DNA of 64,000 nt from an uncultured virus (IMG/VR IMGVR_UViG_3300044568_006268) (taxonomy: Duplodnaviria > Heunggongvirae > Uroviricota > Caudoviricetes): positions 1 to 64,000 of IMG/VR virus record IMGVR_UViG_3300044568_006268; one strand, written 5' to 3'. Positions 43,451 through 52,372 of this stretch are shown here, in pieces. Both the position numbers and the translations under genes were made by a program. Each line of letters begins with the position of its first letter. The first letter of the stretch is position 1. The notes beneath the pieces were generated by a model, which worked only from the letters and a program-made list of their open reading frames with translations, had not been told where the DNA came from and made no database searches.

Positions 43451-45366
43451 TATTGTTTGATTAAATTTACGATGTCACCATAAGTAACAATTTTAACTCC
43501 TAGCTTTTTAGCTTTTGCAGTTTTAGAAGTAGCAGAATCGATATCGTCAGTAATTAGATATGTTGAATCGGCAGATAAAGAAGTTTGAACATAACCATGA
43601 GGAGCAATTAATTTAACGAATTCCTCTTTAGTTTTAAATCCAAATTCTTTAGGAGAACCAGTCATTTCGAATTTAATTGAATTAGCATCGATTACTGTTT
43701 TAACTTCAGTTTCTATTATATATCCGTTAGCTTTTATCAGGTCGATTAAACGAATTACGGATTGATATTCAGGAGATGATTGATTATAGAAAGGTGCATA
43801 TGCCTCTCTAGATTTTCCTGAGAAATCTGGAGTTCCACCATCGAATAGTTTAGCAATTTGTTCGGATGTAGAGAATCCTACATTTTTAAAAGCTAATGAA
43901 GCAATGATTCGAGGCATTGTAATTGCTTTACGTTTTTCAAATGATTGTAAAATAATTTCTAATGCTCGACCTTTCTTAAAGTAACCTGACTTAATAAGAT
44001 TAGCTTCGTTGAATTTTGTTTTGTCGAATAAATCAAACATGGTTTTAATACCTGCATTATAGAGATTTTCAATAGTAGCACCACCAACATTATCTAATTC
44101 GAATGTACCAATTCCTACTGATAATCGACTAATCAATTGTTCTTTACAATTTGGATTTGTACAAAGTAAATGAACACCATCAATTTCAATTTTACATTCT
44201 AGAGTAGAACATTGAGCAGGTATGTGATCGTTAATGTCTTTAACAAATACTGGAGTGATTACGTGTCTTACGATAGGTATAATATCACCTGATTTTACGA
44301 TTACAACCTTAGCACCAGGAAATAATCCTTTGGTTTGAATATTTCCAAGATTATGTAATGCAACTCTAGAAACAGTAGTTCCATCTAAATCGATAGGTTC
44401 AAGTATACCAACTGGTTTGAATTCACCGGATTGTCCTAAGTTCCATTCGATTCTATTGATATATGTTACTGCTTCGGTTGGTGGAAATTTGATAGCCATT
44501 GCCCATTTAGGGTGATGGTCAGTTTCACCAATTTTGTTTCTTAATTCATGAGGAAATTTAATTACAAAACCATCAAGTCCATATTCACAATCATGAATTC
44601 GGTAATAATGAAACATATTGAAAATAGTTTCGAATTGAGAAGGAAAGAATGTATGAACAAAATCTGGAATAAGAAATCCATTACGTTTAAGTATTTCGAA
44701 TTGTTTAGTCCCATGTTCATAAGCATTATTTTCGTGGATTCGATATTCAAAAGCAATAAAATCAAAATCATTGATTACGCTTAAGTCTTTAATTTCATCT
44801 CGACCTAAGATACCGGCAACAAAGTTACGAGGATTTTTGTAATCCATCGAATATTTTTCGTTGAATAATTTGGTTTTGATAATTACTTCACCACGAATTT
44901 CGATTAAACCTGGAATGTTGATTTCGTTAGGAACGATATGCATTATTTTAGAAGTAATATCAGTTCCATGAGTTCCATTACCTCGAGTAGATGCAGTAAT
45001 TAGCTTACCGTTTTTGTAAGTTAAGTTACATGAAGAACCATCAAATTTAGGTTCAGCTTCTAATTGTAAAGTTTTTTGTAATAATGTACCAGCTGAATTT
45101 GTAGATTTTTCGATCCAATCGTTGAATTTTTGAATCGGTAAAGATTTATCTTCTAAATCGTTTACTTGTGTTTTTTGTAAAGATAACATTGGAGATAGGT
45201 GCTGATTTTCTTTTGAAGTATCATCAGATCCTACTATGTTGATTACGTTTGAACCTTCAGCTCTTAGTAAATCTTCTAATCTATCGAATGCGGTATCGGT
45301 CATTAAAGGATTACCATCGTAGTAAGCTTTCTTAGCGTCTAAATAAAGTTTTTCGTTTGTGTTCAT
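43450..45366 (-). CDS. ligA: NAD-dependent DNA ligase
   Basis: EPKFDG motif I, EIRGE, DGFVIK, AIKF, SGDIIP, Zn finger, C-terminal BRCT. Confidence 0.95.
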   Translation of the reverse strand: MNTNEKLYLDAKKAYYDGNPLMTDTAFDRLEDLLRAEGSNVINIVGSDDTSKENQHLSPMLSLQKTQVNDLEDKSLPIQKFNDWIEKSTNSAGTLLQKTLQLEAEPKFDGSSCNLTYKNGKLITASTRGNGTHGTDITSKIMHIVPNEINIPGLIEIRGEVIIKTKLFNEKYSMDYKNPRNFVAGILGRDEIKDLSVINDFDFIAFEYRIHENNAYEHGTKQFEILKRNGFLIPDFVHTFFPSQFETIFNMFHYYRIHDCEYGLDGFVIKFPHELRNKIGETDHHPKWAMAIKFPPTEAVTYINRIEWNLGQSGEFKPVGILEPIDLDGTTVSRVALHNLGNIQTKGLFPGAKVVIVKSGDIIPIVRHVITPVFVKDINDHIPAQCSTLECKIEIDGVHLLCTNPNCKEQLISRLSVGIGTFELDNVGGATIENLYNAGIKTMFDLFDKTKFNEANLIKSGYFKKGRALEIILQSFEKRKAITMPRIIASLAFKNVGFSTSEQIAKLFDGGTPDFSGKSREAYAPFYNQSSPEYQSVIRLIDLIKANGYIIETEVKTVIDANSIKFEMTGSPKEFGFKTKEEFVKLIAPHGYVQTSLSADSTYLITDDIDSATSKTAKAKKLGVKIVTYGDIVNLIKQ

Positions 45367-45385
45367 ATCGTTTTTAATTATAGAG

Positions 45386-45451
45386 TAAATTTAATCAATT
45401 TTTCCGATACTAGGAAATGTTTTGACAATTATTTACAAAACTTGTTAACAA
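45386..45451 (-). promoter_or_regulatory. Promoter unit (variant palindrome CTTGTTAAC) upstream of ligA
   Basis: TTGATTAAATTTAC box; 55-bp spacing. Confidence 0.6.
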
Positions 45452-45895
45452 TTACTCGTTTCTTGCTATGTCTCTTGACACATCTCTAGATTTAATTGTT
45501 TCTCGTTTATCATATTCTTTTTTACCTTTAGCTAGAAAGATTTCCATTTTGAAAAGTCCTCTTTCATTTTGAAATATTTTATAAGGTACAATTGAGTGGC
45601 CTTTGATGAGGTCCTTTTGTAGCTTTTTAAGTTCTTGTTTTCGCAGCAACAATTTGCGGTTGCAATCCGGTTCGTGACTATTAGGCGAATTCTTTGCAAC
45701 TGGAATATGAAGGCCTCTGACGTAAAGCTCATCATTCTCAAAAATACAATAAGTATCAGTAAGTCCAGCTAATCCTAGTCGAATAGATTTTACTTCACTG
45801 CCTTTTAATTGTATACCTGCAATTTCTGACCTCAATAAGTGATAATCAAATTTAGCTTTTCGATTGATGACGTTTACGTCTTTGACTTTTTTCAT
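45452..45895 (-). CDS. smpB: SsrA-binding protein SmpB
   Basis: NRKAKFDY, AGIQLKGSEVKSIR, RKLLL, AKGKKEYDKRETIK. Confidence 0.96.
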   Translation of the reverse strand: MKKVKDVNVINRKAKFDYHLLRSEIAGIQLKGSEVKSIRLGLAGLTDTYCIFENDELYVRGLHIPVAKNSPNSHEPDCNRKLLLRKQELKKLQKDLIKGHSIVPYKIFQNERGLFKMEIFLAKGKKEYDKRETIKSRDVSRDIARNE

Positions 45896-46368
45896 TATTT
45901 TAAAAATTTTCTAATTGATGAATTTAATCTCTCTAGATGTTCTTCATTTTGCAAACCAGCAAATTTCGTAACATTATCAGATATAAAAGGAATACAAATC
46001 TTTTTATTAAATACTTCTGCACCTATCCATTCAAGAATAGTGTCTAATTGAGTTATTCCTAAAATATTACCAAATGAGGTATTTGATGTACCTATTAGCA
46101 ATATGTTGGTTCCTTTAAGTGTTGATGGATATCCGGAATTATCTATCAATTGCTTAAACATATAAGGAAATGATCCGTTCCATTCAGGAACTATCATAAT
46201 GATATGTGTGAAATCTTTCATGTTAGGAATATCATCAGTAGCATTTGCTAAAGTAATAATACTTGTCGCACCTTTAAATATTTCGTATTGTATGAAAGAC
46301 TCACAACCTAAGGACAGCTTATAATTTAAGCCGTCCTTTGATGATTGTGTGAGTATGAGTATTTTCAT
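45895..46368 (-). CDS. NADPH-dependent FMN reductase (flavodoxin fold)
   Basis: PEWNGSFPYMFKQLID motif. Confidence 0.85.
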   Translation of the reverse strand: MKILILTQSSKDGLNYKLSLGCESFIQYEIFKGATSIITLANATDDIPNMKDFTHIIMIVPEWNGSFPYMFKQLIDNSGYPSTLKGTNILLIGTSNTSFGNILGITQLDTILEWIGAEVFNKKICIPFISDNVTKFAGLQNEEHLERLNSSIRKFLK

Positions 46369-47378
46369 TATTTTTTATCAGCACCACCGATGTTCATCAT
46401 AACGGATTGTCCACTACCCATCATATAAGTAGGTAAGGCACCATCCCATTTTTGAATCCATTCTAATTGAATAATCTTAGGATTAGTCGAGATAGAGTTA
46501 CCTTTGATTTGTAACGCTTTAGCTTCACCTTCAGCTTTTTCGATTGCAATGTTTTTATCGATTTGAGCTTGTTTTAAGGCTTCATCTTTTTGACGAGTAA
46601 TTTGTACCATTGTAAGTACTTTTTGCTCTTCTAATTTCTTTTGATTAATGGAAGCTTCATATTGTTTGTTGTAGAATACCTCTCTAATTTGAGCAACATC
46701 AACAATTATACGATTAGCCGCTAATTCTTTTTGTAGAGCTGCTTGCATTTTCGCTTGAATTTCTGCTCTTTTATCAGAGTAACAATCAATTGGTGTATAT
46801 CGAGAAACCGTTAATGGCATAATAGATTTGATAGCCGGTCTAATGATATTTTCTTCAATCCAATGATATTTACCGGTAGCATCATCTGTACCAGAAGAAA
46901 TATTTGAATAAATCCAAGAAGCTTCTTTAGGATCGATATGCCAGTTAATAGAAACATCGAATCCCATTTTGATACCATCAGAGGTTGGAGCCCAAATAGC
47001 ATCATCAGCCTGTTTAGCACCTTCTCCTTCAGTACCTGATAATGTATATACCCAAACAGTTTTGTCCATCAATTGAACTTGATTATAAGGAGCTACTAAG
47101 TGCCAACCAGTAGTTAGCTCATCTGGATCTACTCCAGCAGGTGTAACTACAACTCCTACTTCTTGTGCATCAATTTTGTATAATGTCATAGACAATAATA
47201 CTGAAACTGCGAAAACGATTGTACTAATTAATAGTGTAAGTTTTCCTGCAGGAAATTGCATGACTTCGTCATAATTTTTAGGATCAGCCTCATGTTTGGC
47301 GTTGATTCTAGATTGGATCGTTCCAATAATTCCATAAATAAGTCCTAATGCGGACGCAATAATTAAAAATGTTAACAT
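46368..47378 (-). CDS. SPFH/prohibitin family membrane protein
   Basis: Two TM helices, EVGVVV, AEGEAKA, WDGALP. Confidence 0.9.
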   Translation of the reverse strand: MLTFLIIASALGLIYGIIGTIQSRINAKHEADPKNYDEVMQFPAGKLTLLISTIVFAVSVLLSMTLYKIDAQEVGVVVTPAGVDPDELTTGWHLVAPYNQVQLMDKTVWVYTLSGTEGEGAKQADDAIWAPTSDGIKMGFDVSINWHIDPKEASWIYSNISSGTDDATGKYHWIEENIIRPAIKSIMPLTVSRYTPIDCYSDKRAEIQAKMQAALQKELAANRIIVDVAQIREVFYNKQYEASINQKKLEEQKVLTMVQITRQKDEALKQAQIDKNIAIEKAEGEAKALQIKGNSISTNPKIIQLEWIQKWDGALPTYMMGSGQSVMMNIGGADKK

Positions 47379-47401
47379 AGTTTTTGTTTAAAGTGTTTGT
47401 A

Positions 47402-47851
47402 TTAATATTCAGATTTTAATTGTTCTCTTATTCTAGCCTCGTACTTTTGTTGGTCTTCGACGGCTTTCGCAACTTTTTGATTGCATGCTTCAATAAATGC
47501 CGGATCTAACAGAGCTTCTAGCTTTCTATCAGTGGTTTCCATTACCATTACTGCATAATCTAAAGCAGATTTTAAATCGTAAAAGGTTTGTAATCCTTGA
47601 GGTTCAACATGATTTCCTGCTCTTACTGTAAATTTGTCAGTTTTCCCTGGTCGTTCGATTTGATAAAATATCACATAGAATTTAGACAATTCTGCTTTGT
47701 GGTGAATTTTACCGTAACGAATAAATGTAACATATTTATTATCACACGAATCCATTTGAGTTTCGATCCTCCATTCAGGTGGTAATTCTGGTTTTAAAAT
47801 TTCAGCTCTCCAAATAGGTGCTAAATTTGAAATTTCTTTTTCTGTTTTCAT
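47402..47851 (-). CDS. Hypothetical protein
   Basis: 149 aa ORF. Confidence 0.6.
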   Translation of the reverse strand: MKTEKEISNLAPIWRAEILKPELPPEWRIETQMDSCDNKYVTFIRYGKIHHKAELSKFYVIFYQIERPGKTDKFTVRAGNHVEPQGLQTFYDLKSALDYAVMVMETTDRKLEALLDPAFIEACNQKVAKAVEDQQKYEARIREQLKSEY

Positions 47852-47860
47852 TTTGTTTGT

Positions 47861-48349
47861 TTAAAAGTTATGGTCTGTTAATCGAACGTCAAAATCTGTA
47901 AAATTTGCAAAGTCCTTTTCATCGGCTTCTAATCTTCGTTCTACTGTATCAGCATCACTTCGTAATGCTAATCTATCTTTTCGGATATCAAGTGCAATAT
48001 CGATGTAAATGATGAACGAATTTTTTCGATCAGCTGCATGTAATTTACTAATTCCGGAAGGCGTCATGATAAACACGTCATCAGTTAAGTGGAATTGTGA
48101 ATTTGAAGTTCCATAATTCCAACCATTAAATGAAACATGTTCATAGAAGAACTTTTGTTCAATCATCGTTTGGAACTCATTATCTTCTAAGAAGTAATAA
48201 TCTCTGCCATCAACTTCACCATCTCTTGGAGGTCGAGTTGTATAAGAAACTCCATAACGATAACCTCTGCCTTCTAGGATTTTTCGCAAATGGTCTTTGC
48301 CGGATGCGGCTTTACCGCAAAGTATAATTCTGGATTTTGTACCTGTCAT
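47861..48349 (-). CDS. gmk: Guanylate kinase
   Basis: GKAASGK, SYTTRPPRDGEVDGRDYYF, YGT. Confidence 0.92.
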   Translation of the reverse strand: MTGTKSRIILCGKAASGKDHLRKILEGRGYRYGVSYTTRPPRDGEVDGRDYYFLEDNEFQTMIEQKFFYEHVSFNGWNYGTSNSQFHLTDDVFIMTPSGISKLHAADRKNSFIIYIDIALDIRKDRLALRSDADTVERRLEADEKDFANFTDFDVRLTDHNF

Positions 48350-48606
48350 AATAGGTTATTTAATTTTTGTATGTTTTCCTTTAGAGTTTCTCTCGTTCCT
48401 AAATCAAATGCATGCATTTCATCGGTCGACGAACTTTCTAGATGAAGACCTAATTGAAAAGGACTCATCAAATAAAATTCACGTTTTTCTTTAGGAATAG
48501 ATTGGAGATTGATACGGTCTTTGATGCATTGTTCAATTAGATGAAGTTCTTCTAATTGTTCTTCGATGAGCTTTTTAATTGCTTCGGATAGTGAACCGTT
48601 TTTCAT
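48346..48606 (-). CDS. Hypothetical protein
   Basis: 86 aa ORF. Confidence 0.55.
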   Translation of the reverse strand: MKNGSLSEAIKKLIEEQLEELHLIEQCIKDRINLQSIPKEKREFYLMSPFQLGLHLESSSTDEMHAFDLGTRETLKENIQKLNNLL

Positions 48607-48645
48607 ATTGTGTTTTATATTATATGCTGATTTCTAATTTTGTAT

Positions 48646-48927
48646 TTATAAAGATACTGGCATATTGTACATCATCATGCAATAGAATTTTAATGCATGA
48701 ATATTAGTACCATCGGCATTCGCAATAGCACCTTTTAAATCGTTGTTTACGACGGATTGTACGAAAGAACCACCAGCATAACCTATTTCATGGCGAGTAC
48801 AAATAATAGATGTACCTATATTTACAATGTGTTGTTTATCTTCGTTGCTTAAATTTGCAAAGTTAAGAATGTAATTGTTGGCATATTTATCGAAGTATGC
48901 TTGAACTTGTTTTTTGATGTTTTCCAT
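48646..48927 (-). CDS. Hypothetical protein
   Basis: GSFVQSVVNNDL..A..AD phage motif. Confidence 0.6.
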   Translation of the reverse strand: MENIKKQVQAYFDKYANNYILNFANLSNEDKQHIVNIGTSIICTRHEIGYAGGSFVQSVVNNDLKGAIANADGTNIHALKFYCMMMYNMPVSL

Positions 48928-48929
48928 GA

Positions 48930-49454
48930 TTAAAATATTCTTGAGTTTTCGTTAATATAAGCAGTTGGGTCGTAAGATACAAATTGAATTCTAGCAATAT
49001 CTTTACAGTGGTTATCTCGAATACCACCAGTATCATGTGAGAATGCTTCGGCTATTTCCATTTCGATTTGTTTGTAGGTTTCAGGAGTTGCTTTTGATTT
49101 GATTACAACTTTTAAACCTTTACCTGAAGGAGTAATAAATGTTGCATGAACATAGTTTAACTTTTCGGCTTTAGCCTTTAATGTGATTACATCTTCGACA
49201 TTATCGATATCTAAACAAATTACACCATTGTATTCTTCTAATCCAGCAATTGAACGGTAGTTGAATTGACCGGTTGGCGTAAATACTGGCAGTTTGTCCT
49301 TTTTATGAGATTTTGAAGGATTTTCGTCTTGACGAATTTCTTCGATAATAGATTTGTACTTGTCACTACGAATTTCTTCGATGATAGTAGATAATGTAGA
49401 GACTTCCACCGGTTTGGTGTTTTTGACTGACTTGAAACGTGTGATTTTTAACAT
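48930..49454 (-). CDS. VirE N-terminal / BT4734-like primase-polymerase-related domain protein
   Basis: KDKLPVFTPTG, YNGVICLDID, FITPSGKGLK, CKDIARIQFVSYDP. Confidence 0.85.
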   Translation of the reverse strand: MLKITRFKSVKNTKPVEVSTLSTIIEEIRSDKYKSIIEEIRQDENPSKSHKKDKLPVFTPTGQFNYRSIAGLEEYNGVICLDIDNVEDVITLKAKAEKLNYVHATFITPSGKGLKVVIKSKATPETYKQIEMEIAEAFSHDTGGIRDNHCKDIARIQFVSYDPTAYINENSRIF

Positions 49455-49476
49455 AAGTTTGTTTTAATTAGATAAG

Positions 49477-49543
49477 TAAAACTAATCAATTTAGGTGACA
49501 TATGGAAATGTTTATTGATTTATTTTTTGAAAGTTATTAACAA
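49477..49543 (-). promoter_or_regulatory. Promoter unit with GTTATTAAC palindrome
   Basis: GATAAGTAAAACTAATCAATTT identical to the copy at 52243; 56-bp spacing. Confidence 0.7.
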
Positions 49544-49544
49544 T

Positions 49545-49844
49545 TTAGTAATTAATCCAAGTTGTTAATTTTGTAGTACCATCTTTCCAAGGCCAGGATT
49601 CCATAGCGGCAACCTCATCGCCATTACAGTATTTATGAATCCATAACCATTGTTCCCAATAATCGTCATCACCTAACACTGAATAGAAACCAAAACATAA
49701 CCATTCGATTTTTAACGAAGGCACAGATTCGCATCTAGGAGTATTGAACTTGTCTTTCCATCTTAATGATTGTTTTCGTACAATAGGAAGCCATGCAAAT
49801 TCGTAGTTCCAATAAAATTGAGATGTTCTTTTTGGTGATTTCAT
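49545..49844 (-). CDS. Hypothetical Trp-rich protein
   Basis: 99 aa, TAATG-coupled. Confidence 0.55.
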   Translation of the reverse strand: MKSPKRTSQFYWNYEFAWLPIVRKQSLRWKDKFNTPRCESVPSLKIEWLCFGFYSVLGDDDYWEQWLWIHKYCNGDEVAAMESWPWKDGTTKLTTWINY

Positions 49845-50062
49845 TATCTTTCAAGTATTACAAATGAACCAAAATAACCATCAAAAACCTGCAATAGATT
49901 TTCATAATCTCCTGACATCATTTCGTTTATAATTTTTTCTTTGTCTAATCCTAGTTGCTTAGCGAAATTAGAAGCATAACCCATTAGAGCAAATGCATTT
50001 CCATCAGGTCCAGTTAAGTCAATAACAATAGGTCCAGTTTTTTCTTTTTTCTCTCGTATCAT
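49844..50062 (-). CDS. Hypothetical protein
   Basis: LTGPDGNAF...SGDYENLL phage motif. Confidence 0.7.
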   Translation of the reverse strand: MIREKKEKTGPIVIDLTGPDGNAFALMGYASNFAKQLGLDKEKIINEMMSGDYENLLQVFDGYFGSFVILER

Positions 50063-50064
50063 AA

Positions 50065-50271
50065 TTAATTAAAAATGTAATTGTATAACATAGGTCCGTA
50101 AATAATTGCAGATGATATGAATCCGCAAAATGAAATAAATACTGAAGCGACCATAACTAAATCGTCATTCACTCGATCATTAGTTTTCCTAAACCAGAAT
50201 CCAGGATCGTTGTGATATAGTTGATAGCCAATGTTTCCAATCATAAAAATAATCCAAGGTAAGTGTATCAT
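50065..50271 (-). CDS. Small membrane protein
   Basis: Two hydrophobic segments. Confidence 0.5.
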   Translation of the reverse strand: MIHLPWIIFMIGNIGYQLYHNDPGFWFRKTNDRVNDDLVMVASVFISFCGFISSAIIYGPMLYNYIFN

Positions 50272-50273
50272 AA

Positions 50274-50537
50274 TTAAGCTTTATAAAAGTTAAGTTCGTA
50301 GTTTCCTGAATCCATTCGGTACAAAATGACAGTTAAACATTTTTTAGCAAGATTACCAGTTCGCTTTACTATTAGGTCCAAATGATAAAATACGGTTTGT
50401 CCATATGCTACATGTTCGGTCCATATGTTTTCCGGAAATTTGATTTCGTAATGATTTTCATCAATGATAGATTGATATGCATTTTGCAATGCTTCATTTT
50501 GAGTAGCGAAATAAGTAGTTGGTTGGTATTTTGACAT
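50274..50537 (-). CDS. Hypothetical protein
   Basis: YRMDSGNYEL C-terminal motif; own promoter. Confidence 0.65.
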   Translation of the reverse strand: MSKYQPTTYFATQNEALQNAYQSIIDENHYEIKFPENIWTEHVAYGQTVFYHLDLIVKRTGNLAKKCLTVILYRMDSGNYELNFYKA

Positions 50538-50561
50538 AATGAATTAGTTTAATTTGATATA

Positions 50562-50617
50562 CAAATATAACAAAAAAACTCGATATTAAAAAATATCGAG
50601 TTAAAAGTTATTAACAA
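50562..50617 (-). promoter_or_regulatory. Terminator hairpin + promoter unit downstream of tmRNA
   Basis: AACTCGATAT...ATATCGAGTT hairpin, TATATTTG box, palindrome 50607-50615. Confidence 0.75.
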
Positions 50618-50629
50618 AATAACCAGTAG

Positions 50630-51004
50630 TGGACCTAGTGGGAATCGAACCCACGTCTTGGAAAGATGTACAATGTATTCATTCACAGGCTTAGCAATAT
50701 TTTCTAACTTTGCAAAATATAAGGTTGGGTTAACACAGTTCCTTACCTTCAACTAACTGAGTGATATTATACTCCTGACACTAAGGAGTAATCGCTGTCG
50801 AATTTCTGTTCCTGAGTAATCGAGACTCGATTGCTTATGCAGCCATTAAGACTTCACCAGCACCAACGAATGCCATAGCATCTTCGAAGGTCATTGTTGA
50901 CTTGTTGTCATTTAAAAAGTTACATAGGTGATTTAAGAGTTTCCGATGCTAACTCTGCCTGCATATCAAAGAACTGGTCTACCAATCAAAGCCTGGTTAG
51001 GCCC
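50630..51004 (-). ncRNA. ssrA: tmRNA, 375 nt
   Basis: Acceptor GGGCCUA/UAGGUCC-A with G3:U70; T arm GUGGGUUCGAUUCCCAC; GCAGGC/GCCUGU helix; tag ORF 50909-50835 DNKSTMTFEDAMAFVGAGEVLMAA*; CCA not encoded. Confidence 0.93.
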
Positions 51005-51044
51005 ATTAGAACTTCGAGTCTAAATCAATAGACTCGAAATTAAA

Positions 51045-51242
51045 TTAATTAGCTGGTGTAGCAGCTGGAGTAGTTGTAGGAGTTACAACTTTTAATGAAT
51101 CAACTTTAGTTGAATCTACTTTTACTGAATCAACTTGAACTGCAGTTGAATCTGTTGAAGTTTCTGTTGTAGCAGTTGTTTGTTTACAAGATACTACTGT
51201 TAATGCAGCAATGATTGCTAGGCTTAAAATTACTTTTTTCAT
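51045..51242 (-). CDS. Small lipoprotein with Bacteroidota O-glycosylation sequons
   Basis: Signal peptide II VVS-C; DST, DSV, DST, DSL. Confidence 0.8.
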   Translation of the reverse strand: MKKVILSLAIIAALTVVSCKQTTATTETSTDSTAVQVDSVKVDSTKVDSLKVVTPTTTPAATPAN

Positions 51243-51300
51243 TTCGATTTGTTTTTATATTTATTTAAGTTCTGTCAACATCCATGACAGTTTGGATTAA

Positions 51301-51585
51301 TTATTCAGTGATTACTGGTTGGTATTCAAAGGTATCTAAATTCAGGTTGAATTCGCCGTATTTTGCAAATAAGACAGATCTAAATTCCTCTTCGTCTAAA
51401 CGAATTTGCTCGATTTGCTGAGACATTTCTGTAATTTTTTGAATTAGCTCAGTTTTTTCTCCTTCAATTTTATTTACTTCTTCGCTCATACTTTCAATAA
51501 GTTCGAACATTTCTGAATATCTTTTAATAAAGGATTTTAATTTTTCTATCTCGCTAGGAGCAAGTCTTTTTACTTCTTCTGACAT
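51301..51585 (-). CDS. Coiled-coil hypothetical protein
   Basis: 94 aa, KYG..NLDT C-terminus. Confidence 0.6.
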   Translation of the reverse strand: MSEEVKRLAPSEIEKLKSFIKRYSEMFELIESMSEEVNKIEGEKTELIQKITEMSQQIEQIRLDEEEFRSVLFAKYGEFNLNLDTFEYQPVITE

Positions 51586-51815
51586 TATGATTTTTCTATT
51601 TTTTCGAAAGGATATACCTTACTAATTGTTTTATTGAATTCAGCACCTACAGAATCTGACGTTGAAAATTTCACATAATCATCTTCAGTTACTCCATCAT
51701 AACGATACATTGCATCGCCTTTAAAAATTACATAAAGTGATTGTGATTTAAAATCATAACTTGAAGATTCGATTGTAGATGAATCATAAGTAACATTTTC
51801 GGTAGTTTTTCTCAT
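51585..51815 (-). CDS. KTSC domain protein
   Basis: SSTIESSSYD..LYVIFK..YRYDGV..SVG..FN. Confidence 0.88.
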   Translation of the reverse strand: MRKTTENVTYDSSTIESSSYDFKSQSLYVIFKGDAMYRYDGVTEDDYVKFSTSDSVGAEFNKTISKVYPFEKIEKS

Positions 51816-51830
51816 GTTTATTATATGTTA

Positions 51831-52097
51831 TTAGTTAGTTCTAGAATCAAATTTAAACTTAATTCCATTTGAAATTCCAAAAGATTTTCGATTTCCTAAA
51901 TGGTGAAGTTTTTGTGCAGTTTCTTGGTCAACAATTTCTATTTGCGAGTATTCGTTTTTCCCTGAAATTATTGTGTGACAGGCTACAGCCTTTGTATCTG
52001 AACATTTAACACAGGTAGTAGTAAAAGGTAGAATTTCTACTCGCTTAGGATGGATTTGTTCGCCACATCCTTTGCAATATTTCGTAGTTTCGCTCAT
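51831..52097 (-). CDS. TraR/DksA C4-type zinc finger protein
   Basis: CKGCGEQIHPKRVEILPFTTTCVKC. Confidence 0.8.
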   Translation of the reverse strand: MSETTKYCKGCGEQIHPKRVEILPFTTTCVKCSDTKAVACHTIISGKNEYSQIEIVDQETAQKLHHLGNRKSFGISNGIKFKFDSRTN

Positions 52098-52100
52098 AGT

Positions 52101-52223
52101 TTATTTATTTTCAGTTTCGAATTGATTAGCCGTTTCACTGAAACTAGGTGAGTAATTAGCCATTGATGCATAAGAATTACGAGATTCTTGTTGTTCTTTT
52201 AATTCGATTTGAATAGAGTCCAT
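52101..52223 (-). CDS. 40-aa small ORF
   Basis: MDSIQIELKEQQESRNSYASMANYSPSFSETANQFETENK directly after a promoter unit. Confidence 0.45.
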   Translation of the reverse strand: MDSIQIELKEQQESRNSYASMANYSPSFSETANQFETENK

Positions 52224-52248
52224 AATGTGATTGTTTAATTTTGATAAG

Positions 52249-52305
52249 TAAAACTAATCAATTTCTACAACATAGAGAAATTTTTCATCATAAAGTTATT
52301 AACAT
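52249..52305 (-). promoter_or_regulatory. Promoter unit with GTTATTAAC palindrome
   Basis: Palindrome 52295-52303, 46-bp spacing. Confidence 0.7.
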
Positions 52306-52372
52306 ATTATACATACTTTTGGGTATGATATATATTATAAGCAACACCTAGGGCTTAAAACAAATACTACTC

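Noticed and set aside
50549..50752. 67-aa ORF
   Set aside because: Overlaps the tmRNA 3' end and the terminator/promoter cassette.
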